Source: Hemiscyllium ocellatum | Lineage: Eukaryota | Direction of reading: 5' to 3' | Assembly: GCF_020745735.1 (NCBI RefSeq) | Contig: NC_083402.1 | Location: 8,198,004 to 8,262,003 of the forward strand | DNA: 64,000 bases | Shown here: positions 10,402-23,689 of the stretch, piece after piece | How the letters are laid out: the number at the start of each line of letters is the position of its first letter | How positions within the stretch are numbered: the first letter of the stretch is position 1 | Notes under the pieces: model-generated | What the model was told of the DNA's origin: nothing | Databases searched by the model: none | What the model saw: only the letters and a program-made list of their open reading frames with translations | Program-made: the position numbers and the translations under genes

Positions 10402-11009
10402 AGCCTGCACGGTGGATAGCTTTAGACAGCGAGAGGGTCCATACACACTGGTCAGATGCACTGACCAGTAGCAAGCAGTATTCAAACTGGATAAGCATAA
10501 AGTGAAATCCCTGGGGAGGACAAAAAGGGCAAGGGAACACATAACATACAGTAAGACTATGAGAAACACCAAGGATCAGAGCGACATTGGTGTGCATATA
10601 CACCAGTCCGCTTAATGTATCAGGACGGGTGGATAATGTGGATAAAAAGCCCTATGGGATACTTCCCTTTATCAGCTGAAACATAAAGCTGAAGTAAGAG
10701 CAGTGAGGTTATACCAGAACTGTATGAAAAATTGGTTAGGTCACAGCTAAAGAATTGTGTGAAGTTCAGGAATCCACATTATGGGTTGGACCTGGAGAGG
10801 GTACAGAGCAGATTTGCCAGGATGTTTCCTGGGCTGGAGAGTTTCAGTTACGAAGAGAGTTTGGAGAGATTATTTTCTCAAGGGAAGAGGAGACATGATT
10901 GAGATGCATAAAATTATGAGGGACATAAATACGGCTGAAAGGAAAATCTTTTCACCATGATGGAGTGATCAGTGACCATGGGACATTAATTTAAGGTGAG
11001 GGGCAGGGA

Positions 11010-11340
11010 GTTTGTTTTTATTCTTTCATGAAATAAGCATGTCACTGGCTGGCCAGCATTCTTTGCCCATCCCTTGCTGGTGTCTTCAGAAGATGGTAAT
11101 GAGCTGCCTTCTTAAACCGTTACAGTCCACGTGCTGGAGGTAGACTCATAATGTCTTTAGGGAGTGAATTCCATGAGTTTGATGCAAGAAGAGTGAAGCA
11201 ATGATGATATATTTTCAAGTCAGGATGGTGAGTGCCTTGGAAAGGAATTTGCAGGTGGTGGTGCTCCCATTTATCTACTGCCACTGAATGTTTAGCTGGA
11301 GGTGTTAGTAGGTTGGGAAGGTGCTGTCTGAGGATTTCTG
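11010..11340 (-). mobile_element. 3' end of an abundant non-CR1 LINE family (possibly RTE-X-like)
   Basis: GGCCAGCATTCTTTGCCCATCCC...GAGCTGCCTTCTT matches, on the opposite strand, the tail at 45930-46020. Confidence 0.6.
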
Positions 11341-12831
11341 GTGAATGTTAGAGGTTTATCATGGATATGGGGGAAATCTTTTTTCATTCAGAGGATGGTA
11401 GGAATCTGGAACTCATTGCTTGTTGGGGGTGACACAGACAGAAACTCTCATAAGTGCTTCAATGTGCACTTGTAATGTCGATGTATAAGGAACTATCGCA
11501 AGTGCTGGACAATAGAATTGGAATAGATAGATGGTTGGTTTTGACCAACATGGACTCAGTGGGCCAAAGGGCCTTTTACTGTGCTCTAGATCTCTATGAC
11601 TCTATGATTAAGACCATTGTGGAACAGTGGTAATGTTCCTCCTGCAAAGCCAGGAGTCCTAGGTGAAGTCCCACCTGATCCAGAGGTGTGTAATAATATC
11701 TCTAATCGCGTTGATTGGAAAATATCTCCAGGAAAATATTACTTGAAATACATGATAACGGGCTTCAAAATGCCACATCTTAGCATGGTGAGGGGATGGT
11801 AAGTGGGTTCTGGAAGCGGTGGCATTAAAGGCATGCCTTAACAAGGGGCACACTTCTAATTTAACACCCAATAAGTTCCCTCATGTAAACTGTGATCCCC
11901 AATATCTCTGAGACACTGTGAACCGTGATTCTTTAAAATCATGGTCCGCCTGGATGTACATTGTGGAGGAGCAGGATGTGTTTCCCTCTGCAATGGAGGG
12001 GATTGGCTCAGAGTGCTGGGTGCAGGGTTTGTAACCTGAACCATGGGACTGTGAGAAAATTTGAAAGCCTGGGATTGGGTTGGGAATCATGGAATCAGGA
12101 ATCTCCATGGGAAGGCATCTGGGACTTCCCGGCTTGGAGAATGTGGAAAGATCGTTTATGCTCTTCTTTTCTTGAGAACTTCAAACAAATCATTCCGAAG
12201 CCTCCAATGCAAACATAATTTGTGTTAGAACATGCTGTAATTTAACTCTGTGAGACCTGATGTCATCATCCCACACCACATTATTTCTCAGGTCAGAATA
12301 TCCTTCCCAAGGTGTGGTGCCCAGAACTGCTCGTGAATTGAAAAAGAAATAAAATGAAAGATTATCCTCCTCAGGTTCAAATTCTTCCACAGCATTGGGT
12401 CTGTCATCTTCATATACTCACAATATTTCCAAATCTGGCCCCTCCATATCCCTTATTGTAAATGTAAACTCACCATAGTCCCAGGGGGCATCGGGCTGTT
12501 CTCTCATTAGCAAGTGATGTGTGGTGGTGGTTTCACCAGACTGTAATATTAACATCACTGGTGCCTAACTTTCAATCTCCAAGACTGAGAATTCCTGCCC
12601 AAACCTCTCCAACTCTCTTTCCCTCTTTTAAGTCACTCTTTAAGACATGGAGCACCACCTGTCCAAATAACTCGGAATATGGTTTGATGTCTGATTCTCA
12701 TGCAGTTCATCCAACATTTTCCAATGGTAAAGCTGTGATGTGAATCCAGGATTGTGTATGATTGTTTGATTCTAGAGTCAGAAAGCGAATGCAGTAAGGC
12801 AGTTTCAGAGTGAATCCTGTTTGTATTACAG

Positions 12832-12885
12832 CTCAGCCTGACTCCTGTCCCTATGCCAGCATCGTGTTTGACAGCAACAGAAAAG
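12832..12885 (+). CDS. Candidate cytoplasmic exon of an Ig-superfamily receptor with an ITIM-like motif (xQPDSCPYASIVFDSNRK)
   Basis: TGTTTGTATTACAG acceptor; 54-nt phase 1-1 open frame containing YASI; AAG|GTAACC donor; unique, non-repeat sequence. Confidence 0.6.
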
Positions 12886-12980
12886 GTAACCAGCTACATA
12901 TCGTTTTCCACATAGTGGTATTTCTAAACATTAAAAACATTTAAAATCCTCACTAACAGGCTGTTCTCTTTTCGTTCAAG

Positions 12981-13020
12981 GTGGCAAGATTCTCCTGGCT
13001 GCAGATTCAGAAGAGAGCGA
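12981..13020 (+). CDS. Next candidate cytoplasmic exon (GGKILLAADSEES)
   Basis: 95-nt GT-AG intron (12886-12980) with CACTAAC branch point at 12951-12957 and a pyrimidine tract; frame stays open; possible GTCAGT donor at 13021, or read-through to TAA. Confidence 0.5.
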
Positions 13021-13719
13021 GTCAGTTTTGTCCTTTCAAAATCCTAATCCTTACCTTAATCCTTTCTCATTTCCCAATCCCTAAAGCCCATTCTCCCATG
13101 TGTGGGGCAATGCTAGTTCGGCCTGTGTGATCCATTTCATTGTTATTTGAGACCCCAACTCTGTTTCGCAGCATTATGGAAATTTAATCACATGATGTTT
13201 GGGTAAATGTGCCCCATTCCTATAATTACCCTCAAACTGAAATTATAATTATCATCAGCTCTAATTTCTGTAACTTTCTAGCCGATGTAACCTATGCAGC
13301 TGTGGTGAAAACACATTAGGAGCAAATAAGAACTGAACCTGTGTAACTGAGGTTGCACTGTTTCCCAGATCAAATTCAAGCTTCATCATGGAATTCACCA
13401 GTTCATAACCATGACATTATTATTCTTCAAAAGTATTTTTTTTCAATTTTAGTCTTTGTATCTTTGTGTTTTTAAATGGGGAGTGAAATTGATCAGAATT
13501 GTTTGAAAGTCAGGGATTGTTTAAGGGTGACTGCATGTTTTTGAAAGCAAGTAACCTGACACTCATTGTCAGTGTTGTTTACACAGCTGCTGGGTCATAC
13601 AGTAGCAGAAGGTGCAGTCGAGCTGGAGACATGCTCATGTACAAATGAAGATTCAGCTGGAAACAAGTATCTGATTGGTGTATGGACTAATGGCCAGTAA
13701 GCATTAAATTTTCTGATTC

Positions 13720-16037
13720 ATTATATCGAAGTGCCTACAAGAAAAGGTGCAAAATTTGACCTAATGTTGGGAAATAAGACAGAGCAAGTGACTGAGGTGT
13801 CAGTGGGGGAGGACTTTGCAGCCAGTGACCATAATTCTATGAGTTTCAAATAGTGATGGAAAAGATCTAAAAATTGAGGTTCTAAATTGAGGAAGGCTAA
13901 TGTTGACAGTATTACGGAAGAACTTTCAATAGCTGATTGGGGGCAGATGTTTGCAGGTAAAGGGATGGCTAGAAAATGGGAAGCCTTCAGAAATGAGATA
14001 ACAAAAGTCCATAGATATTATATTCCGGTTTGGTGAAAGGAAAGGCTGGTAGGTATATGGAATGCTGGATGACTAAAGAAATTGAGGGTTTGGTTCAGAA
14101 AAAGAAGGAAGCATATGTCAGGTACAGACAGGATAGATCCAGTGAATCCTTAGAAGAGTATAAAGGAAGTAGGAGTATACTTCAGAGGGAATCCAGGAGG
14201 GCAAAAAGGGGACATGAGATAGCTTTGGCAAATAGAGTTAAGGAGAATCCAAAGGGCTTTTACAAATACATTAAGGACAAAAGAGTAACTAGGGTGAGAA
14301 TAGGACCCCTCAAAGGTCAGCAATGCAGCCTTTCTATGGAGCGGCAGGTGATGGGGGAAATACTAAATACTAATTTTGTATCAGAATTTACTGTGGAATA
14401 GGACATGGAAGATAAAGAGTGCAGGGAAATAGATGTGACATCTTGCAAAATGTCCATATTACAGAGGAGGAAGTGCTGGATGTCTTGAAACACATAAAAG
14501 TGGATAAATCCCAAGGAGCTGATCAGGTGTACCCGAGAACACTGTGGGAAGCTAGAGAAGTGATTGCTGGGCCGCTTGCTGAGATATTTGTATCATCATT
14601 ATTCATAGGTGAGGTGCCAGAAAACTGAAGGTTGGCTAAAGTGGTGCTACTGTTTAAGAGAGGTGGTAAGGACAAGCCAGGGAACTTTAGACCTGTGAAC
14701 GTGACATTGGTGGTGGGCACATTGTTGGAGGGAATCCTGAAGGACAGGATGTATATGTATTTGGAAAGGCAAGGACTGATTATGGATAGTCAACATGGAT
14801 TGGTGTGTGGTAAATCATATTTCACAAACTTTGATTGAGTGTCTTGAAGATGTAACAAAGAGAATTGATGAGGGCAGAGCAGTGGATGTGGTCTATGTGG
14901 ACTTCAGTTGAGGAATTTGATAAGGCTTTGGACTGGGTGTGTTTAGCAAGGTTATATCTCATGGAATACAGGGTGAACTGACTTAATGGTAGAAGACAGA
15001 GGGTGGTGGTGGAGGGTTGTTTTTCACACTGGACGCATGTGACCTGTGGAGTGCCACAAGGATCGGTACTGCATCCACAACTTTTCATCATTTATATAAA
15101 TGATTTGAATGTGAGCATAAGAGATATAGTTAGTAAGTTTGCAGATGACACCAAAATTGGAGATATAGTGGACAGTGAAGAAGGTTAACTCAGATTACAA
15201 TGGGATCTTGATTAGATGGGCCAATGGGCTGAGAAGTGGCAGATGGAGTTTAATTTAAATAAATGTGAGGTGCTACATTTTGGGAAAGCAGATCTTAGCA
15301 GGACTTATACACTTAATGGTAAGGTCCTAGGGAGTGTTGTTGAACAAGGAGTCCTTGGAGTGCAGTTTCAGAGCTCATTGAAAATGGAGTCGCAGGGAGA
15401 TAGGATAGTGAAGAAAGCATTTGGTATGCTTTCCTTTATTGGTCAGAGTATTGAGTACAGGAGTTGGGGAGGTCACATTGTGGCTGTACAGGACATTGAT
15501 TAGGTGAATTTTGGAATATTGCATGCAATTCTGGTCTCCTTCCTATCGGAAGAATGTTGTGAAACTTGAAAGGGTTCAGAAAAGATTTACAAGGATGTTG
15601 CTAGGGTTGGAGGATTTGAGCTAGAAGGAGAGGCTGAACAATCTGGGGCTGTTTTCCCTGGAGCGTCAGAGGCTGAGGGGTGACCTTACAGAGTTTTATA
15701 AAATGATGAGGTCTCTTCTATGGGGTGGGGGGTTCCATAATGAGAGCGCATTGTTTTAGGGTAAGAGGGGAAAGATATAAAAGAGATCTAAAGGGCAACT
15801 TATTCATGTAGACGGTGGTTATTGATGGAATGAGCTGCCAGAGGAAGTAGTGCAGACTAATACGATTGCAACATTTAAAAGGCATTTGGGTAGGTATATG
15901 AATAGGAAGGGTTTGGAGGGATATGGGCCGGGTGCTGGCAGGTGGGACTAGATTGGTTTGGGACGTCTGGTTGGCATGGACTGGTTTGACCCAATGGTCC
16001 GTTTCCATGTTGTATATCTCTATGACTCTATGACTCT
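13720..16037 (+). mobile_element. CR1/HER1-like LINE ORF2 and 3'UTR, multiple stops
   Basis: KENPKGFYKYIK, VPQGSVL...[13 protein letters not shown], (TCTATGAC)2 tail. Confidence 0.92.
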
Positions 16038-17334
16038 TTGACAAAGACCTTCTTGGTGCCAACAACTATGTGATTGGCTCCCAGGTAACTGAATAGCTTG
16101 TGGATATGAAAAAATAGGGAGAAGTCATCTGACCTCCACCATCTGAGGAACTGTTTATCATCAGCTCCATTCCCTGAGGTAAAAGCTACTTTAACTTGCA
16201 GGAAAACCAACTGACCTTCCTTTACATCAGTAGTTATAGTAAGCTCTAACCTTTAGTGAATAAGTCTGATCAGTTATAACTCACCCTGTATCTCTTGTAA
16301 ACCAATGGCAGCACCTGGAGAAGGAACACTAAGAATCAGCATTCTGATCTGCACGAGAATCATTTCAACAGATCCTGTGTGCAGGACCACTGAACCTGTC
16401 TTGTGCATATGTTTTTGAGGATCTTAGAGTTGTGATGAGTAGTTGTCAATGGGTTGTCATTATTTCTCTGGAATTAGAGTTAATTTATTTCTAACAAATA
16501 GTAAGCCTTGTAAGTACAGAAAGCTGGTCGGTACTTTCTGTCAACTTGGGGCTAAGACTCAGGTAAACTGGAAAGTTTTGTGAACTTCGAAAAAAAAATT
16601 CACCATTTTTGATGACCCCATGAAGAGTGAGGCTTGATTTCCAATCTGCTACCTCAGTGAGGTGTAACCATCTCCATCTGTATGTAATATGGTATTGACA
16701 TATGTGTGTGGTGTATCAATAAATTCTATATACATTTTCTGTATCTTTATCAATATCTTTTCCTTGATGTGGGGCAGCTTTTATTGCTTATTCCTTGGGA
16801 AGATTGTGCTGAACGCCCAGCTGTGTCGAGGGTGTTATTAATAATGGTGTTGTGGATCATTCAGTGAATATGAAGAAATGGAAAGATGGCATTTATATCA
16901 TGCTAATGAGGTTGATACTCAACCTCTCTGACCCAGAAAAGGAACAATTATAATAACTGAGTCATATTTTTCAGATTTGTATGGAACAATCCACATTTAT
17001 AAACTTCAGATTTAAGTTTGAAAATACATTTATTCATTTCAATCTCGTTCTTCTGTTTTCATTCCCCAACAAACAGCAATGCGCTAACAACCAGATATTA
17101 GTTTTAGTGACATTGATTCATGGATAAACATTGAGCAGGTCACCAGGGAGAACTTTGAATAGTCACCATTGGATCATGTGGGCCCACCCCTGTTGTCACA
17201 GCTAATGCTGCTGTGATTATGGGTGGAATCTTACAGGTGCCTGAGTGATGAGCCAAGATCAAATTTGTGGTGGAATAAGATGAGACGTCCGCTAAGGTCT
17301 AACTCAGTATCACGAACATCTCGCTGCATGCTTT

Positions 17335-17750
17335 GAGAAGCCCACAAACCCACTAACACACTAAAACAGCAGTTAATGAACTTAAAAGACCCTATACAGT
17401 CAGCATGCAAAACTAATGTCATTTACAAAATACCGTGCAAGAACTATAACAAACACTACATTGGACAGATAGGCAGAAAGCTAGTCACCAGGATACATGA
17501 ACACCAACTAGCCACAAAACAACATGACCCTCTCTCTCAAGTATCCTTACATACAGATAAGGAAGGACATCACTTTGACTGGGAAAACACATCCATCCTA
17601 GGAGAAGCCAAATAGAGACACACACAAGAATTCCTAGAAGAATGAAAATTCCAACTGGAACTCTATCAACAAACACATTGAGTTAGACCCCATCTACCAC
17701 CCCCTGAGAAAAAAAACAGAAAATTACTGCACCACAGGAAATGGCATCAC
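17335..17750 (+). mobile_element. Penelope-like element GIY-YIG endonuclease fragment (Poseidon-type)
   Basis: NVIYKIPCKNYNKHYIGQIGRKLVTRIHEH...GHHFDW. Confidence 0.88.
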
Positions 17751-17756
17751 CAACCA

Positions 17757-19115
17757 TGTCAGCGGTAGGGAAGCTGCTGGAGATGATACTGAGGGACAGA
17801 ATCTATTCCCATTTGGAAGAAAATGCTTTTATCCTTAATGGGCATCATGGTTTGGTACAGGGAAGGTCATGTCTTACAAAATAATAGAATTCTTTGAGTA
17901 GGTTACAAAATTGATTGATGGAGGAAGGGCTGTGGATGTCATATACATGGACTTTATCAAGGCGTTTGATAAGGTTCCCATGGTAGGTTGATGGAGAAGA
18001 TGAAGTTGTTTGAGCTCCAGGGTGTCCTAGTTAGATTGTTAGAGAACTGGCTGGGCAACAGGAGACAGACAGTAATAGTGGAAGGGAGTTTCTCAAAATG
18101 GAGATGTGTGACCAGTGATGTTCTACAGGGATCTGTGCTGGGACCACTGTTGTTTGTGATATGTATATGAATTATTTAGAGGAATGTATGAGTTACCTGA
18201 TTAGCAAGTTTGCAGATGACACCAAGGTTGGTGGAGTAGCAGATAATGAAAGAGACTGTCAGAGAATAAAGCAGGATATAAATCGATTGGAGAGATGGGC
18301 AGAGAAATGGCAGATGGAGTTAAATCCAGGTAAATGTGAGGTGATGCATTTTGGAAGATCCAATTCAATGGTGAACTATATAGTAAATGGAAAAGTCCTG
18401 GAGGGGATTTATATACAGAGAGATTTGGGTGTCCAGGTCCATTGTTTCCTGATGGTGGCAACGCAGGTCAGTAAAGTGGTCAAGACAGCATATGGCATGC
18501 TTTCCTTCAATGAACCAGGTATTGAGTACAAGAGTTGGCAGGTCATTTTACAGTTGTATAAGACTTTGGTTCAGACATGTTTGGAATAATGTTTACAGTT
18601 CTAGTCACCACATTACCAAAAGGATGTGGATGCTTTGGAGAGGGTGCGGAGATGGTTCACCAGGTTGTTTCCTGGTATGGAGGGAGCTAGCTGTGAAGAG
18701 AGGTTGAATAGATTAGGACTATTTCCATTAAAAAGTCAGAGATTGATGGGGGACCTGTTTGAGTTCACAAAATCATGAGAGGTATAGACAGGATGGATAG
18801 CAAGAAGCTTTTCCCGTGAGTGTGAAACCCAATTACTAGGGGTCATGAGTTCAAAGTGAAAGGGGAAAGATTCAGGGGAGATATGCGCGGAAAGTTCTTT
18901 ACACAGATGGTGGTGGGGGCCTTTAATATGTTGTTAGCAGAGGTGGCAGAGGCAGGCACGATAGTGTCATTTAAGATGTATCTAGACAGATATATGAATG
19001 GACAGGGAACAAAGGGATACAGATCTTTAGAAAGTAGGCAGCAGGTTTAAATAGATGATCTGGATTGGAAGGCTGAAGGGCCTGTTCCAGTTCTGTAATT
19101 TTCTTTGTTCTTTGC
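17757..19115 (+). mobile_element. CR1 LINE 3' half
   Basis: [32 protein letters not shown]. Confidence 0.9.
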
Positions 19116-19139
19116 TCTTTGTTCTTTGTTAACCAATGA

Positions 19140-19720
19140 TCAGATCTATTCTCCGCAGTCCTGCCACTGTAAATGATGGTGGACAATTAAACAACTCTTA
19201 GGAGGAGGTATCTCTATAAATATCTCCAGCTTCAATAATGGAAGAGCCCAGCACATCAGTACAAAAGACAAGGCTAAAGCTTTTACATGGGGTAAAAAAT
19301 GAGGTCTGCAGCTGCTGGAGATCACAGCTGAAAATGTGTTGCTGGTTAAAGCACAGCAGGTTAGGCAGCATCCAAGGAATAGGAAATTCAACGTTTAGGG
19401 CATAAGCCCTTCATCAGGAATGAGGAGAGTGTGCCAAGCACGCTAAGATAAAAGGTAGGGAGGAGGGACTTGGGGGAGAGGCGATGGGGATGTGATAGGT
19501 TTTACAGCAATGTCTGGCCAGAGGTGCTGAATGGATGATCCATCTCAGCCTCCTCCAGTGGTCCCCAGCATCACAGATATCAGTCTTCAGCCAATTGGAT
19601 TCACTTCATGTGAATCAAGAAATGGTTGGAGGCACTGGATGCACAAAATCCAGGCAACAGCCTCCATCTGTGTTCTCCATTCAACAATACAGAGGGATCT
19701 GTATCAAGTCAAACTCTCTA
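19140..19720 (+). mobile_element. Non-CR1 LINE ORF2 fragment interrupted by a PLE fragment (19288-19499, minus strand, TTTTACA duplication)
   Basis: WWTIKQLLGGG...AQHISTKDKAKAF, also seen at 31376-31620 on the minus strand; TTTTACA at 19281-19287 and 19500-19506. Confidence 0.7.
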
Positions 19721-20239
19721 TCTGATCTGGCACGATTCCTGCCCTGGGGGTGTTTGATGGGGACAGTGCATCATGGAAATAATAGTGTTCCTGGAGTGTG
19801 GAACTAGGCCATTTGGCCCATTAAGTCAACATTGACCCTCCAAAGAGCATCACACCCAGACCCAAGCACCTACTCCATTGTTGCATTTCCCACTGGTAAT
19901 CCACCAAATCCACACAGCATTGGACAATGGGAGGAAACCAGTGCACCTGAAGGAAATCCATGCTCAGTGAGGATGTCCAAACTCCCCACACACAATCACC
20001 CAAGAGTGAATTTGAACCCAATTCCTTGGTTCTGTGAAGCAGCAATGTTACCTCCTGAGTCACTGTACTGGCCATGAAGTATAGAGGAGCTATACTCTGT
20101 ATCTAACCCTCTACTGCCCAACGTTTGGAGTGTTTGATGTTGACACTGAGGATTTTGAGAAATGTATTGGAAGCTGATGCAACATTTTCTTTTCTCAACA
20201 GTTGTTGTGGTTGTTACTTCAACTTTATAACAGTTATGA

Positions 20240-21170
20240 CATTTGCTCAGCGTAAGAAGGAGGAAGTTTTGGGTATTCTAAAAGGCATTAAAGTAGACTT
20301 GGATGGGATATACCCCAAGTTACTGAGGGAAGCTAGAGAGGAAATAACTGGGACTTTGGGAGACTGATTAGCAAGGTTAAAACTCATGGAATACAAGGAG
20401 AACTAGCCAGTTGGATACAGAACTGGTTCAATGGTAGAAGGCAGAGGGTGGTGGTGGTGGATTGTTTTTCATACTGGATGCCTGTGACCCCAGTGGAGTG
20501 CCACAAGGATCAGTGCTGGGTCCTCTACATTTTGTCATTTACATAAATGATTTGGATGCGAGCACAGGAGGTACAATTAGTAGGTTTGAAGATGACAACA
20601 AAATTGGAGGTGTAGTGGACAGCGAAGAAGGTTACCTCAGATTACAACAGGATCTTTCTTAATTGTGTGCAATTCCATTTACTGTATAGTAAGGCATTTG
20701 ATAAGGTTCCCCATGGTAGGCTGATGGAGAAGGTGAAGTTGCATGAGCTCCAGGGCGTGCCAGCCAGATAGGTATAGAACTGGCTGGGCAACAGGAGACA
20801 GAGGGTAATAGTGGAAGGGGGCTTCTCAAAATGAGACATCTGACCAGTGGTGTTCCACAGGGATCACTATTGTTTGTGATATATATAAATTATTTGGAGA
20901 AATGTATCAGTTGCCTGATTAGCAAGTTTGCAGATGACACCAAGGTTGGTGGAGTAGCAGATAATGAAGGGGACTGTCAGAGAATAAAGCAGGATATAAA
21001 TAGATTGGGGAAATGGGCAGAGAAATGGCAGATGACGTTCCATTTCGATAAATGTGAGGTGACGCATTTTTGAAGATTAAATTCAAGAGCAAACTATCCA
21101 GTAAATGGAAAAGTCCTGGAGAAAATTGATGTACAGAGAGATCTGTGTGTTCAGGTCCATTGTTCCCTAC
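20240..21170 (+). mobile_element. Tandem CR1 RT fragments
   Basis: Two VPQGS / FADDTK blocks. Confidence 0.85.
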
Positions 21171-21414
21171 TGACCATACAAAACATCCCATTTTTGGTCC
21201 ATTTCATGGATGATTGATCAACATTTTTCGGTCAGGCAGAGGAAGTCAAGTAACTTCTGTCTTTTTTCTGTAAAAGGCCAAGAGTAAGTGAGCGAGGAGG
21301 GTGAAACACTAAAGTCCTGATGATGAAATCTTTCTATGTTTGTCTTTCTGCAGTCCTCCTGTCAGTCTCGGTGCAGTTCTAATACTCATCTTTCAAATTG
21401 CTTTCTCGTTGATG

Positions 21415-21615
21415 AAGAGGAAGTAAGGACTGTAGATGCTCAAGATTAGAGTCGAGGGTGGGTGCTGGGAAAGCACAGCAGGTCAGGTAGCATCCGGGCA
21501 GCAGGAGAATCAATGTTTCATTCCTTATGAAGGGCTCTTGCCCAAAACATAAATTCTCCTGTTCCTTGGATGCTGCCTAACTTCTGTGCTTTTCCAGAAC
21601 CACACCCTTGACTCC
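21415..21615. mobile_element. PLE terminal-repeat insertion with internal inversion
   Basis: Minus-oriented pLTR followed by a plus-oriented copy; flanks share TCGTTGATGA/TTGTTGATGA. Confidence 0.7.
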
Positions 21616-22639
21616 TTGTTGATGACCCATCCACTGTCTGGTATTTTGTTCCCAAAGCTGCTGCTGTTCAGCAGATCTGCCTTTTCCTTCAATGTGGCTC
21701 CTTCATCAGGGAGAAATCGTTGACTTTAAAAAAAATGAAAGCAAGATAACATCGCTTACTTGAAGTTGACAAAATGTTCCCAACAGAGCTCCAAGTGCGA
21801 CAGAGCCCACAGGAACTCATGTGACCTTCCAGAGAGTGAGGGGAGGTACAGAATACTGCAGGCACACCCAGGTTTCAGACAATAATGAGACTAAAGGTAT
21901 TTGTTGTTACTTCTTACAAAAAATACCACAAATACAGAACATACACAGGCAAAATTTGCTGTTGGCTGACCATTGAGATTGACTGAATAATGTGAACTTG
22001 CAACATTTCTTAGGTAGATAGAAACTAAATGCAGCACAGAATGTTACATCTTGTCTATGTCAGCCTCAATGCTAGTTTATCAATAGAATGAGTATTAATT
22101 ACTGTCAATCAGTGACAATCAACTCTTCATAGTGTGAAGATTCATTCCTTCAAATTTTCATTATAGATTCATGGACAGCTGGACATTTACAGCATAGGAA
22201 GAGGCCACTTGGGTTATCATGTCTGTGTCAACAAAGATCTGACTCTATTTCTCCCACCATGCAGCTTTTGGTCCATTTGCCTTTTTACCAACTTATTAGG
22301 GCTTTAAACTAATTCATGGGGCAGGTGTAGGGGGTGGGGGTGGAAGGTGGGTTTCAGTTGGAGGAAAGTTAAAAAATCCAACATAAATGAGAAAGCAGAG
22401 ATGCAAGCAACTGAAGTGGAAAATGGAAATGCAAATAAGTATGTAAATACTACTTAAATGTTACCAGCATTTCTGACTCAACTGCTGTTTAAGTCATTGT
22501 GTGTCAGACACTTATCAACCTCTATGTTAAAATGTATGTCAATTCTCCTCTTACATTCCTCAATAATTTAACTTTAATCTATATTCCCTGGTCACTGACC
22601 CCTGTGCTGATGAAAACGTGTTTTATTATGCATCTTATT

Positions 22640-23640
22640 TGTGCACTCCATTTTATCAGGTTCCCTCTCAACCATTGAAAAAGAAATGAGGGAGCAGAGA
22701 GCACAGATTAGTGAAGAGATGAATGATAAAGTTTAGTGGGAAAGGGTAGAGAATGTACACAGGAGGGTGTACAGTAGTAAAAATTGGCACCAGGCTAAGA
22801 AATGATATGGAAAACATTAGACCTTTGGATTCTTTATCTATTTGGAAAAATTGACATGAATTGAAAGGAGGTGGGGTTGCATTGTTAATAAAGAAAGGTA
22901 TCAGACTGATATGAGTAGCAATATTAATACAACAGATCATGATGTGGAATTGGTTTGGTTGGAAATAATGGATATCAAGGATAAGAAATTACTGGTGGGA
23001 GTTGTAGGAAAGTTGCCTCACTGCAGGTTAAATTATAAACTAGGAAATAGTGGAGGTATGCAGCAAAGGCATGACAATTGTCATTGGTGATTTTAATCTC
23101 CATATTCACTCAACAAATTAGATAGGCAAAGCTAACAAGGAAAATGAATGTGTAAAATGCAGAAGGGTTTGTTTTTTAGAGAGCTTGTTGTAGAATCTGC
23201 CTGGTAATAGATTGTTTTAGATTTAATAATGTGTAATAAGAGACAATTATGAAGAGTTCCTGCAATTGAGGTTTTTGTAGGGCATAGCAATCACAACATT
23301 GCAGAATTTCAAATCATTTTGAGGGAGAATAATTTGTTCTAAAAGCAATGTTCTCAACTTAAATAAAGACAATTACAGAGGCATGACGAAAACGAGTTGT
23401 CTAAAGTAGGATTGCAAATGGCAAAGTAGAAAGTAGGATGAGCAATGGCAGACATTTAAATAGATATTTCCCAAAGCTTGGAATTATTTATTCTGGTCAA
23501 AAAGAAGGATCGAAGAGAAAGATAAACCACCTGAGATTAACAAAGATGGTCAAGGAGAGTATCCAAACAAAAACTATGAGGGCACCAAATCCAGAGTTCC
23601 ATGGATGTCTGGAAATAGACAAGACTAAAACTAAAGGACA
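22640..23640 (+). mobile_element. CR1 LINE APE region, degraded
   Basis: GGGVALLIK and IVIGDFNLH motifs. Confidence 0.7.
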
Positions 23641-23689
23641 TGAGAACTATACAAGGGGGATGAAGTGAGCAAATAAACACACACTCCGG

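Noticed and set aside
16975-17018. Possible exon DLYGTIHIYKLQI*
   Set aside because: Weak acceptor and a non-consensus tyrosine motif in AT-rich DNA; expected by chance.
21354-21427. Hydrophobic exon ending at a GAA|GTAAGG donor
   Set aside because: The apparent donor is the terminus of the inserted PLE fragment (GAGGAAGTAAGGACTGTAGATGC), not a host splice site.
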